DNA of 64,000 bases from the NCBI RefSeq assembly GCF_001194135.2, contig NC_068998.1:17691205-17755204 (forward strand), in the 5' to 3' direction. The notes beneath the pieces were generated by a model. It had not been told where the DNA came from. It worked only from the letters and a program-made list of their open reading frames with translations, and made no database searches. The position numbers and the translations under genes are program-made. This document shows positions 1 through 11,589 of the stretch, one piece after another. Origin of the DNA: Octopus bimaculoides (lineage: Eukaryota). Position 1 is the first letter of the stretch. Each line of letters starts with the position of its first letter.

Positions 1-77
1 ATGCACTGGGGGTCAATGTAATCGACTTAATCCCTTCACCCAAATTTGAGGCCCTGTGCTTCCAGTAGAAAGAATTA

Positions 78-148
<71 letters not shown>

Positions 149-383
149 AAGATGTCGAGCAGACAGAATCGTTAGCACGCCGGGTAAAATGCCTCGCGGC
201 ATTTCGTCAGTCTTTACGTTCTGATTTCAAATTCCGCTGAGGTCGACTTTACCTTTCATCCTTTCGGAGTCGACAAATTAAGTACCAGTTGAGTACTGTG
301 GTCGATATAACCAATTGTCCTCCTCCCCCAAATTTCAGGCCTTGCGCCTATAATAGAAACGATTATTATTATTATTATTATTA

Positions 384-435
<52 letters not shown>

Positions 436-475
436 TTTATTATTTTTATTATTATTATTTTTATTATTATTATTA

Positions 476-512
<37 letters not shown>

Positions 513-983
513 AAAGGCGGTGAGCTGGCAGAATCGTTAGTACGCTGGGCGAAATGCTTAGCGGTATTTCGTCTGCCGCTACGTTCTGAGTTCAAATACC
601 ACCGAAGTCAACGTTGCCTTTCATCCTTTCGGAATCGATTAAATAAGTACCAGTTACGGACTGGCGTAATCGACTTAATCCCTTCACCGAAATTTGAGGC
701 CTTGCGCTTCCAATAGAAAGGACTATTATTAAAACAGCGTGCTGGCAGAATCGTTAACACGCTGAGCAAAATGCTTAGCGGTATTCCGTCTGCGCTACGT
801 TCTGAGTTCAAATTCCACCGAGGTCGACTTTGCCTTTCATTCTTTTGAGGTCGATAAAATAAGCACCAGTTAAACTCTGGGTTAATGTAAATGTAAAATC
901 AGTACCAGTTACGCATTGGAGTCGATGTGATCGACTTAATTCCTTCCCGCAAAATTTGCGGCCTTGTGCTTCCAGTCGATAGG

Positions 984-1015
<32 letters not shown>
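1..1015 (+). mobile_element. Tandem array of tRNA-derived SINE copies (family A) separated by (ATT)n/(GTT)n tails
   Basis: Repeated unit GGCAGAATCGTTAG...ACGTTCTGAGTTCAAATTCC(G/A)CCGAGGTCGAC...AATCGACTTAATCCC with a B-box-like GAGTTCAAATTCC, at about 150-360, 515-725 and 740-985, plus a 3' fragment at 1-70. Confidence 0.85.
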
Positions 1016-1016
<1 letters not shown>

Positions 1017-1017
1017 G

Positions 1018-1571
1018 AGTGAGAGAGTAGTGCATGCCATCAAAGTGACACTGGGGTAAAATATACGAAGCCCATTATACCCATCATGACTACCCGTCTG
1101 ATAAGGGTACACCAATCACATGCATCACAACCATATGTGCGCGACACGGTGATCTCACATCAAGATAAACATCGCATGACCCCCGCCGGTGGGGTTCAGT
1201 TACAATTTTCTTCAGGTCGAGTAGCCCATCCCGCTCAAAAGTTCCCAGAATAAGGTTTGTTTAAGGATGTTGAGCAAAACACCCATGTTTCCAAACGTGA
1301 ATTATTCAAACCTCAAAGAATTCCTCTCAACACATGGCTATGATGCCCCCCCACTACTTCTGCTCCTGATCAGAGATGCACATATCGTCAGCCACCAGGG
1401 AACATGCTCAACTGGTTAAGGTCAAACAAGTGACAAGCAAATCTGTGGTATTAAGCAGAATATTTGCTGTAGCCCATCTTTTATACCAAGTCAAAACAAT
1501 GAACATGATAACACTGCCAATCAATTAAGATCAGAAGCCATGAGAGCCATTGCTTGGTACAGCATCCGGGC

Positions 1572-1575
<4 letters not shown>
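1018..1575. mobile_element. Interspersed repeat (family D, SINE-like) bounded by (ATT)n
   Basis: Its internal segment (CCCTCTCAACACATGGCTATGATGC...GATCAGAGATGCACAT...) recurs at ~3650-3830 and, inverted, at ~22980-23160. Confidence 0.7.
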
Positions 1576-1620
<45 letters not shown>

Positions 1621-2145
1621 TTCTTTTTATGTAAGTGCTCAAAGTTCAGGTAAGCTGCTGGCGAGTCGTATCCACGACCCGGTTTCAAATGCTACTTAAC
1701 TGCATTTCCACTGCTAATGGCCATGGGTGAAAGACACAACCAGAACCATTTACCATTACCACCTTTATTAAATCTTGGTTTGTGCCTTGTCCGATAAAAC
1801 CTATTCCTTCCACTATATTTTCATTTATCCTTGCTCTTTGTTTCTTTTCTTAGTTTCTTTCTTTCAACGTTTACTTCTAGCAGTGTGTGGGGAGATGGGG
1901 GTGGGTGGCGAATATCACAACTCTGTCACTGTAAAAACAGAGCCTATCAATCACAAACTTTGTTACAAGATAATTTTCAGTAAAAGAAATAAATTTTTTC
2001 TAAAACGTGACATAACCTTGTAGAGAAATAAATTCAATCCATGATAAACAAAACTGTAATATAACATTTTAACAATTGTTTGTTTATTCATTACCTGCTG
2101 GACGATAAATATTATCACCATCATCATCAACATCATCCATCCATC

Positions 2146-2187
<42 letters not shown>

Positions 2188-2531
2188 GCAATCATCATCG
2201 TTTTGGCGTTTACTTTTCCATACTTGCAGGTCGGGGTCGGACACAATTTGTTGAGGTAGATTTTCTACAGTCGAACGTCCTTGTCACCAACCCTCACTCG
2301 TTTTCAACTATCACACCATATTAAGGTAAAGAGACAGTGACATGCACCAATATACACATATACAAATACGTACATACATACACACATACATAAACACACA
2401 CATACATACAGAACTATAAAAATATGTAAAACCTTCCAAAAGTTTATCATTTAAATATATATGAGCATATCGAGATATGTAACTATATGCCTGAGAATAC
2501 ATACATAAAACATACAAATCTGTACTGCATG

Positions 2532-2571
<40 letters not shown>

Positions 2572-2654
2572 NNNNNNNNNNNNNNNNNNNNNNNNNNNNN
2601 NNNNNNNNNNNNNNNNNNNNNNNNNNNNNNNNNNNNNNNNNNNNNNNNNNNNNN

Positions 2655-2845
2655 GCTTAACGGTATTTCGTCTGCCGCTACGTTCTGAGTTCAAATTCCG
2701 CCGAGGTCGACTTTGCCTTTCATCCTTTCGGGGTCGATTAAATAAGTACCAGTTACGCACTGTGGTCGGTATTATCGACTTAATCCGTTTGTCTGTCCTT
2801 GTTTGTCCCCTCTGTGTGTAGCCCCTTGTGGGTAGTAAAAAAATA
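2655..2845 (+). mobile_element. SINE family A copy
   Basis: Near-identical to the family A core; the 5' end lies in an N gap. Confidence 0.85.
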
Positions 2846-3574
2846 ACACACACACACACACACACACAAATATACATAAAAACAACAAAAAAAACCTGTT
2901 GTTGATGCTGAAATTCCAATGGAGGAATCTTGGATCTCGGTTGACTTCCTATATTTTTGTTTGTTACCTTGGTACGAACGAGCAAACCTTTTCCAAGTGC
3001 CGAAATCATAATGACTCTGGATAAAAAGTTGTCTAATGAAATGGGTTTATCCATGACTGTTTTTGTCATTTACGTTAATTCTTGTACACGTTCTTCACCT
3101 CAACACATAAGCGCGCGCGCACATACCCCCCTCTCTCTCTCTCTCAAACACATACACGCACACACACATTTCTAGATATATAAGGTGTACAAGCGTATTA
3201 GGCGCACTCCAATTTTGGCAGCCCTACTCTGGGAAAAAAGAAAAATGCAGTAATTCCAGATCTACTAGCTGAACGCTTCACGTCATCAATGCTCATCCCA
3301 TTTATATATCTGTATAGAACTATTTATGCTCTAGTTATGAAGTTTTTTTGTGTACAGGAACCATGTAAGTTTAGACTGACACTATTTGGTAAGATATCTT
3401 GGGAGGATCGGTTACAGGACTTAACCTGAACATTGTTAAATATCAACACTGAAAGTCACCACCATCACCAGCATTACCCATTGCTGATATAACTAACCGT
3501 TGTCAACCAACAACACTAAAATAACACTCTAACTGTGTAACACGATTTTTGTCCTTCGGTAGCAACTGTTATTT

Positions 3575-3960
3575 CTTATTTACTTAACCCTAGAAAGTAT
3601 GAAAAATGGCTATTTCCTCCAAACTTTGCTTTTGTTACAATATTTATTCAAACCCACAAGAATCCCTCTCAACATATAATTATGATGCTCCCCCGCTTCT
3701 CCTGCTCATGATCAGAGATGCACATGTTTCAGCCATGAAGGGACATGCTCAAGTGGTTAAGGTCAAGTAAATCACAAGCGCATCTGTGATATTGAGTAGA
3801 ATGTTTCCTACAATGATATTTCTGCTTCAGCAACTCAGCACTGAATCTGAAATGTAATGGAAAATAGTTCAGTTTCAAGGCACAAAAGCAAAGTTTGAAG
3901 GGAATAGTAGTAATTTCCTTTGTTTTGTAGATAGAAGCAAAAAGGAAATAACACTTACTG
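3575..3960. mobile_element. Non-autonomous element with internal inverted arms carrying a family D fragment
   Basis: CCTCCAAACTTTGCTTTTGT near 3616 pairs with ACAAAAGCAAAGTTTGAAGG near 3882. A reverse-orientation copy lies at ~22840-23230. Confidence 0.6.
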
Positions 3961-4434
3961 AACAAAGAAAAAAATTTTTAATTTCTAGTGACACCTTATA
4001 GCAGACGACTGTTATATGTTCAATGTCCGGAGTTTTATCCACGCATGCTCAGGGATTAGTTCCGGAAGGAATACAGGAAGAGTCTCATGCGCATGCATAG
4101 AGTTCGACACCCAGCTTTGGCGCCTTTTCTCACTCTCTTCGTTGACTGATCTCCGTCGAGTCAAGACGTCCAACAGAGCTCCCTCACATGTCAGCACCAG
4201 AGCTTCACAAATAACCACGGAAATCATTCAGAAGGCGTCTCAGTAACCTAGGGCGACGAGCTACCGAATTCCCTCCAAGCGTGAACTGAATTCCACTGGA
4301 AATAAATATTGTTATGTTGTTCAGAATCTGCGTTCCGTTGTTTCTACTAGAAATTTAATGTACGGAAGCGGTGTGCAGCTAATGGTGTATAACCACTTCC
4401 CTACAAATTGTTAGTGTTATTAATCATCACCATT

Positions 4435-4660
4435 GAGCTGATAGAATCGTCAGCATTTCGGAAGAAGTGCTTAGCGGTATTTCGTCTGCCGTTACGTTCT
4501 GAGTTCAAAATCCGCCGAGGTCGACTTCGCCTTTCATCCTTTCGGGGTCGATTGAATAAGTAGCAGTTACGCACTGGTGTCGATGTTATCGACTTAATCC
4601 CTTTGTCTGTCCTTGTTTGTCCCCTCTATGTTTAGCCCCTTGTGGGCAATAAAGAAATAA
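4435..4660 (+). mobile_element. SINE family A copy
   Basis: Family A core with B-box-like GAGTTCAAAATCC. Confidence 0.85.
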
Positions 4661-5946
4661 ATATTATCAATCTTTCAATCTTCACTGCTGACACACCTAA
4701 CCACTATCTCTAATACAAAGCTATTATCACTTTTTAAGTAGTGCATGCCATCACCATGATAACATGGCGCGCAAATTATGACGTCATGAGAGCTTGCGAT
4801 TAGGTGCTGAATATTTAGTTTATTAAGCCGTGAGAGTGACTGAAAAATATTTGTTTATCTGTTTTTATTGTTAATTTCCCTCAAACGAGTGAGGATTACA
4901 ATATATATCTTTTATTAAACGGAACTGCTAGTAAGCAATCCACGATAAACAAAACTGTAATATAACATTTTAACAATTGTTTGTTTATTCATTCTCTGCT
5001 GGACAATAAATATTATCATCATCATCATCATCTTCATCACAATCATCATCGTTTTGGCGTTTACTTTTCCATACTTGCAGGTTGGGGTCGACAGAATTTG
5101 TTGAGGTAGATTTTCTCCAGTCGAATGTCCTTGTCACCAACCGTTACTCGTTTTCAACTATCACACCATATTAAGGCAAAGAGACAGTTACATGCACCAA
5201 CATACATACATACACACATACATACACGCATACATACATACACGCATACATACAGAACTATAAATATCTGTAAAACCTTCCAAAAGTTTATCATTTAAGT
5301 ATATATGAGCATATCTAGATATGTAACTATATGCCTGAGAATACATACATAAAACATACAAATCTGTATGTACATATATACATACATACATACATGCGTG
5401 CGTGCATGCATACATACATACATACATACATACATACATACATACAAAAATACCTTGTTTTTGATGCTGAAATTCCAATGAAGGAATCTTGGATCTAGGT
5501 TAAAAACCGGTTCTTTCTCTATTGGCAAGAAATCTTGAAATAAACTGAATAACGACATACATACATACATACATACATACATACATACATTCATGCATGT
5601 ATGTACGTATGTACATGCATATATGTGCACATACATATCGACTTATGTATGTATGTCTCTTCTATTTTTTAATAATTATAAATCTGTATAGGTTGTATGG
5701 ACAAATCGCTTGAGATGTTCTAGACTTTTTAAAGCTTCTGAGAAAGTACTGCAGAATATACAAATTAAAAATAACAAGTCAAACGGACGTACACATGTAA
5801 TGTATTAGGTTGACACTCAGTATAATATGTAAAAAAGAGTGCGTGTATAATGTTTCGAGTAGGACTCGTCATCCAAAAGAAGAGAGAGGAAAGAGGAGCA
5901 AAAAATCCCCAAGTTAAGCACTTGTGCGGTTACATGACTGAAGTGA

Positions 5947-6021
5947 CCGGAAGTGGAGAGAGATAAAGCGTTTTTTTTTCTTTTCTTTTTTAAGGAGAGT
6001 GCGAAAATGGCCAACGTATGT
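5947..6021 (+). promoter_or_regulatory. Promoter-like site with ETS and YY1/Kozak motifs and a 5' splice donor after ATG GCC AAC
   Basis: CCGGAAGT at 5947-5954, AAAATGGCC at 6004-6012 and gtatgt at 6016-6021. Confidence 0.45.
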
Positions 6022-6778
6022 GTGTGTGTGAGTGGTAGTATCTATGTGGTGTGTGTGTGAGTGGCAGTATCTATGTGGTGCGTGTGTGTTTGTGTTTATG
6101 TGAGTAATGTATGTGTAAAGGCCAGGAAGAGAAGGAAATATATTTTGACATCGCTCGAAAACTGAAATTAAACTCAGGAGAAATATATGAAAGGTGTTTT
6201 GAAATGTCCTTACAGTGACAAGATAAATAAGACGAACATGTGGAGAATGTTTTAGGACGTTTCATCTTCTCTTTTTTTTTTAACAATCGAAGTTGTTCTT
6301 TCTTAATTGTTGATTATTTTTGCTGTAAACTCTTTGAGCTGAACTGAAAAGACAATGAACAAATAAGAAAGAAATGGTTGACTAATGAAAAGAAAAAAGA
6401 CCTCTCAACGATCCCGTGCAAAGAATGTCAGCAAATATAAAAATCTGGTTCTCTACAGTCAGTTTAATTGCCCATCTCAGAAGAAGACGAAATAAAAATA
6501 ATTGAAGTGTATAGGACTACTCCGATGGAGAAAAGCACACGATATTTCCACTGGATTTTCATCGCTTTCAGTCAATAAAATTTTATGAATTATAATTTAG
6601 GATATGATAAGGTACCGTATGAAGAGAAGAGAAAAACAGATTCTTAATTAAAAGAAAAGTCCCTTTTAACCAAATAAGAGACTGCAAAATTAATCACCAA
6701 ATGTTTTTTTCCAAATCATTTCATTGTCAGAAACGTGACGTGGGGTGTACAGACCGCATATGTGATTGCAATAAGTAA

Positions 6779-6940
6779 ATCGGAAGTCCGTTGTAGCTGG
6801 GATATCTCCATTTATTTCCTGCAAAATATTTTCTTATCCTATTGACGAAATTTAATCACGTGTCACATGTTTACAACATTCCTTAAATATAAAAACAAGG
6901 CGCGTTATTATGACAAATATTTTATCGTCGATCAGTCTAA
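6779..6940 (+). promoter_or_regulatory. Possible proximal promoter upstream of the 331-aa ORF
   Basis: CGGAAGT near 6781, CACGTG near 6857, TATAAAA at 6888-6894 and TCAGTC at 6932-6937. The TATA-to-Inr spacing is longer than canonical. Confidence 0.25.
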
Positions 6941-7026
6941 GCTACGCAAAGTCTGGGAAAAGATTGGAATATTCAGCGGTTGTGTTGTAGAAAAAAAAAA
7001 CAAAAAGATTTAAACGTAAAAGCAAG

Positions 7027-8022
7027 ATGAATGTCTTTAAAACAACTTCGATATTTTTCGTCTTCTTCGTATTTCCTCCAAACCAGGCATTTCTACAAAA
7101 CAGTTTTCATACATGTAGCATGTCTCTGAATGACTTTTCTATGGAGAGATATTGTAGTAAACAGATCCAAGACGGCTTGCAGTGCGTTGCCAAGCGTATT
7201 TATAAAACGTCGTATGATTTGGATAGAAAATTGAGAATAAAATTCAATTTTCGCGACATGCCAATGAATATTTACAAGTTCTGTTCTCTGAAACTAAACA
7301 ACACCTCATGCGAATCTGCGTTAGACAAAATACAAAATATCGAAACCACTTGTGACTACAACTCATACAGGACCAATTTTCTGAATTACGAATCCTGCAG
7401 TGTGTACAAGGGATTTATTACGTCTGACCTGTTGCGAAATTTTCTTAGTTTATATTGTCTAGAAACTGATCTCAGCCGTGGCTTAATTCCATCGTACGGC
7501 CCACAACTAAAATGCTATCCATTGGAATTTGTGAAAAATAACCAGCATTTAAATGTTTTAGACTACCAAGTTAAGTACTGCAAAATATTTGATTATTCCA
7601 CTATAAAGGAATGCACAATTAAGAATATCGGCTCTGTATCCAATAATGAATATTTAAATGGAAAAAGTCTGTTTCAGAAAGATGCTTTGAAAATTCTAAG
7701 CAAAACAAAATATTTTTGTGAAAAACTTTTGAAAATTCCCCAAGGCGTTATAGATTCATGCGCAAAGAAAGATTTTGATAACTGCAAACGGAAAGCATAT
7801 GAAATAAGCTCAAAACCTAACACTGCGTACACTCCGGGAACGTATCTGGACTGTATCAACGAAATATATAAAGAATGTCAGATTGATTTAAGTGATTTGC
7901 TAACGGTAATTCAATCGAATATCCAGTCATCATCAACAGCATCGAATTTAACTCTTATGAGCTGCATGGTTTTCTTCATAATATGTGCTTGTAGCAGCAG
8001 TTTTAAATTGATAGCATTTTAA
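7027..8022 (+). CDS. Uncharacterised Cys-rich secreted, probably GPI-anchored protein (331 aa, uninterrupted ORF)
   Basis: The only long non-TE, non-repeat ORF. N-terminal hydrophobic stretch (SIFFVFFVF...NQA), 16 Cys in the mature region, an NNTS sequon, and a Ser-rich SSSTAS followed by a hydrophobic C-terminus (LMSCMVFFIICACSSSFKLIAF). Confidence 0.85.
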   Translation: MNVFKTTSIFFVFFVFPPNQAFLQNSFHTCSMSLNDFSMERYCSKQIQDGLQCVAKRIYKTSYDLDRKLRIKFNFRDMPMNIYKFCSLKLNNTSCESALDKIQNIETTCDYNSYRTNFLNYESCSVYKGFITSDLLRNFLSLYCLETDLSRGLIPSYGPQLKCYPLEFVKNNQHLNVLDYQVKYCKIFDYSTIKECTIKNIGSVSNNEYLNGKSLFQKDALKILSKTKYFCEKLLKIPQGVIDSCAKKDFDNCKRKAYEISSKPNTAYTPGTYLDCINEIYKECQIDLSDLLTVIQSNIQSSSTASNLTLMSCMVFFIICACSSSFKLIAF

Positions 8023-8413
8023 GCAAATGTGAAGAACTTTTCTTCTTTTCTTATAAACATGAATAATTTCCGTTTAATCGTTTGCCATTAACAAAAAATC
8101 TAATATATTTATATTATACATTATATGTAATATATATATAAGCATATATATTCATACATACACACACGCACATGCATGTACACACACACGCACGCACACG
8201 CACATACACACACACATACACATTTTAAAATATATGAAATTAACACACTGACATCTTACACATTCTAATCGGATTACACAGAGGCGAAGATGTATCAAAT
8301 GTTTTCATTGATAACTACATAATTGTTATGTAATTATTAACACATATAGTAAGATAATATTATGATTTTGCAATATTCAAATGAAGAACACTAATTTTAG
8401 ATATATGTATATA

Positions 8414-8615
8414 CGATGGGAGGCTGAAAAGTTCCTGACTTTAAGGATGTCGCGAAAGTATTTTCCGATGCCCAACCTTCCGAGAGCTTAGAAAAACTGA
8501 AGGACTGCTACAATAAGTGTGTGAATCTGAGAGAAGAATATGTTGAATAGAATAATTAACTTATCCTCCTGTATTTTCTTTTACCCAAAACCAGGAATTT
8601 TTCATCACCCCTTCG
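8414..8615 (+). mobile_element. Mariner-derived MITE (~200 bp)
   Basis: Imperfect TIRs CGATGGGAGGCTGAAAAGTTCCTG / CCAGGAATTTTTCATCACCCCTTCG in a TA context. The interior retains a transposase C-terminus remnant (KCVNLREEYVE*). Confidence 0.7.
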
Positions 8616-9016
8616 ATATAGAATATTCAAATAGAATATTCACTTTTTTAATCATTGTTCAATCTTATTAAGTTCTCCTTTTTTACCTATGTGACTGCAC
8701 AATGATTTTAAAAAAGGGTATATTCTATATGCATTCTCTGTTTTCTTTAAACTATTAATTATTTCTCCAATATCGAAAAGAATGAAGTCGCTATAGGAAC
8801 AACTGGATTTTCTGATGTGGAATGCGCTAAGAACGGTTAAACTAATCAACCATAAACATAAGCACACGAACGACAACCTGAATTTTCAACCGATAGTAGT
8901 GTAAGACGAGAAATATTGGTTGGCACTGGAAGGGTGCCACACAATCCCTTAAAAACTGGAACCCGCTCCGATAACATATCCCCATAAACAAAATAGAATT
9001 TTTTTTGCAAACAGGC

Positions 9017-9054
<38 letters not shown>

Positions 9055-9662
9055 NNNNNNNNNNAAACTAATACATCCTTTTGTTGTTTACACCCCCTGT
9101 CCTCGTCTGTTGTTTTTTTCGTAAATTCTCCCATATACACACACACACACACACACGCACACAACAGACATACCTCGCCCTACGCCGTTAATTGGTTTCA
9201 GGAGACACGATTTAAGTCGAATAAACTTGTCTCTAAGAGGCTAGGCCGAATTTACTTTTCTCTAGGCCAAACAGACGATAACCATTCCCAGTTCTGTATT
9301 TTATTTACGAATGCATTTTCAATAATACATGGTTAATAAAAACCTATTTTAAAGCTTACAAGCAAATAATTTTTATTTTTTAATACAGTGCAGTAAAAAA
9401 AAAAAGTAATCTAAATTTACGAATACAATTTGGCGGTCTTTACCGTACAACTCGGATGCTTTGTTTATGAATGCGGTTTGCAAATAAGACATGGTAAAGT
9501 AAAAGCCTTTTTTAAGCTTAAAAAACAAATTCAGTAATTTGTGTGTGTATGTATGTATGTGTGTGTGTATGTGTGTGTGTGTGTGCGCGCGTGCTTATTT
9601 ACGGATTTTACATACACACCTGAAGCAGGTAAGAACAAATATGCAAGGCTTTTTTCTCGAAG

Positions 9663-10232
9663 TTTCGGCACTATCATGCTATTAGCTGTCAGAAGTGAAA
9701 GTGCTCACTGTCTGTCTGTCTGCCTATCTGCCTGCATGCCTGTTGCTGGCCTGTCGATTCTTTGGCTACTGACAGCTAATACCATGACTGGCCGGAGCGA
9801 GCTATATGTCTGTCTCTCTCTCTATCTATCTATCTATTACTCGAAAGTTCGCGCGTCCGCGCTAGCTAGTCGTGAGTGGTCGATCCTATTATTTTTAAAC
9901 TTCAAACTTCATTTGTTTTCTATTTTGATAAATTCTCTCTGTTGAAAATTATATTTTTATATTTTAAATAATTTGCAATTTCAGGAAATATGTTTTTATA
10001 TTAAATTTGTGTTTTCTACTCACGACTAGCTAGCGCGGACGCGCGAACTTTCGAGTAATAGATAGATAGATAGAGAGACAGACAGACAGACATATAGCTC
10101 GCTCCGGCCAGTCATGGTATTAGCTGTCAGTAGCCAAAGAATCGACAGGCATGCAGGCAGACAGACAGATACTTCACTAGCAGGCAGTGAGCACTTTCAC
10201 TTCTGACAGCCAATAGCATGATAGTGCCCAAA
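9663..10232. repeat. Long inverted repeat: ~210-bp arms (9663-9877 / 10018-10232) with a 140-bp AT-rich spacer
   Basis: Arms are reverse-complementary over long identical stretches (e.g. TTACTCGAAAGTTCGCGCGTCCGCGCTAGCTAGTCGTGAGT) and differ mainly in internal microsatellites. Confidence 0.95.
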
Positions 10233-10764
10233 TGCGACATTATTTTTGTTATATCTATATTCCGCACACATTAATACATGGAAACAGAACAAACGCGCGC
10301 GCGCGCGCAAACACACACACACACACAAAAAACAAGCACGCACACACATACACACATAAAAGGACAAGCACACACAAACGTACAACCCATTAGCTTCCTC
10401 TTCCACTTCGATACATCAAACAAAACAAGTACGAAGTTGACAAGGCAACACGTGTTCACGGAAACTGCCGAACTAGATTCTTGACAGTCGCCTTCTCAAA
10501 ACGAAAGATGGCCATTATTATTATTTTGCAATAGTAAAAAAAAAAAACTAAATTATTTTAAATTTACCAATACGTACGTACAATTTGGTGGTTCACATCG
10601 TGGATGTAGATGGCTGTGGATCGTCAACATCAACAGCTCACCCTGGCTGTTCTTGTTCGATGCGCTTTAAAAAACGGTTGAGATTTCCTTGAACTGTCTT
10701 CTTTTCCTCAAGGATTACATTATAAAGAGCAAAAGCTTCGTGACAAGCCCCCATAATCTTGGAA

Positions 10765-11510
10765 AAGCGTTGGGATCTTTTTGGTTTGACGGGCAACATT
10801 TTTCATTTATGTTTTATGTAGTATTTTTGGTACCGAAACACTTTCAAACATCGTATACTTGTATATTTTGTGTTATAANNNNNNNNNNNNNNNNNNNNNN
10901 NNNNNNNNNNNNNNNNNNNNNNNNNNNNNNNNNNNNNNNNNNNNNNNNNNNNNNNNNNNNNNNNNNNNNNNNNNNNNNNNNNNNNNNNNNNNNNNNNNNN
11001 NNNNNNNNNNNNNNNNNNNNNNNNNNNNNNNNNNNNNNNNNNNNNNNNNNNNNNNNNNNNNNNNNNNNNNNNNNNNNNNNNNNNNNNNNNNNNNNNNNNN
11101 NNNNNNNNNNNNNNNNNNNNNNNNNNNNNNNNNNNNNNNNNNNATACAGTTACTGCTGTGGCGGTGTATATGGTATTAATCCCTGATAGTTCTGACATTT
11201 CCGATTAACTAGACTGTTCGTAAACACGTGTGTTGCTTATTTTTTCAATTAGCGAAAAATTGTTACAAACACAGATACGCACAGCGTAATTTATTATATA
11301 AACAATATATGCGTATAAATTACCATTTTTCTGTAATTTTGAAATACGACAACTTTAACATGAAATAACTTGCGATGTACAATTTTTTGTTAAGAAGGCT
11401 AAGAGAAAAAGTTGTTTTATATGACACATTCTACCAGTGTCCCAAGTTTGAAAGTGTTTCGTTAAGAAAACAAGTGTTGCCCGTCAAACCAAAAAGATCC
11501 AAGCGTTGAG
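10765..11510. mobile_element. Foldback/MITE-like element with inverted ends (contains an N gap)
   Basis: GGATCTTTTTGGTTTGACGGGCAACA near 10772 is inverted at ~11477-11502. The interior 11240-11440 is shared with 16250-16700. Confidence 0.65.
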
Positions 11511-11589
11511 CATTTGGATCCATATCCTTGAACATAGAAAGACCTTTTTCGATATATACATTTTCTTAATGGTAAAGTAACGTGGCTCA

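Noticed and set aside
150-360. tRNA-like A/B boxes
   Set aside because: SINE heads without a cloverleaf; not tRNA genes.
289-540. Poly-Ile/Tyr ORF, and similar CVCV/HTHT/YIYI/poly-Asp ORFs throughout (e.g. 1963-2244, 17591-18192, 26436-26888, 30432-30716, 38126-38637)
   Set aside because: Translations of microsatellites and N gaps; no coding signal.
5840-5878. Hammerhead-like GATGACGAG-TCCTA-CTCGAAAC on the minus strand
   Set aside because: Two mismatches in CUGA and no valid stem III or cleavage triplet.
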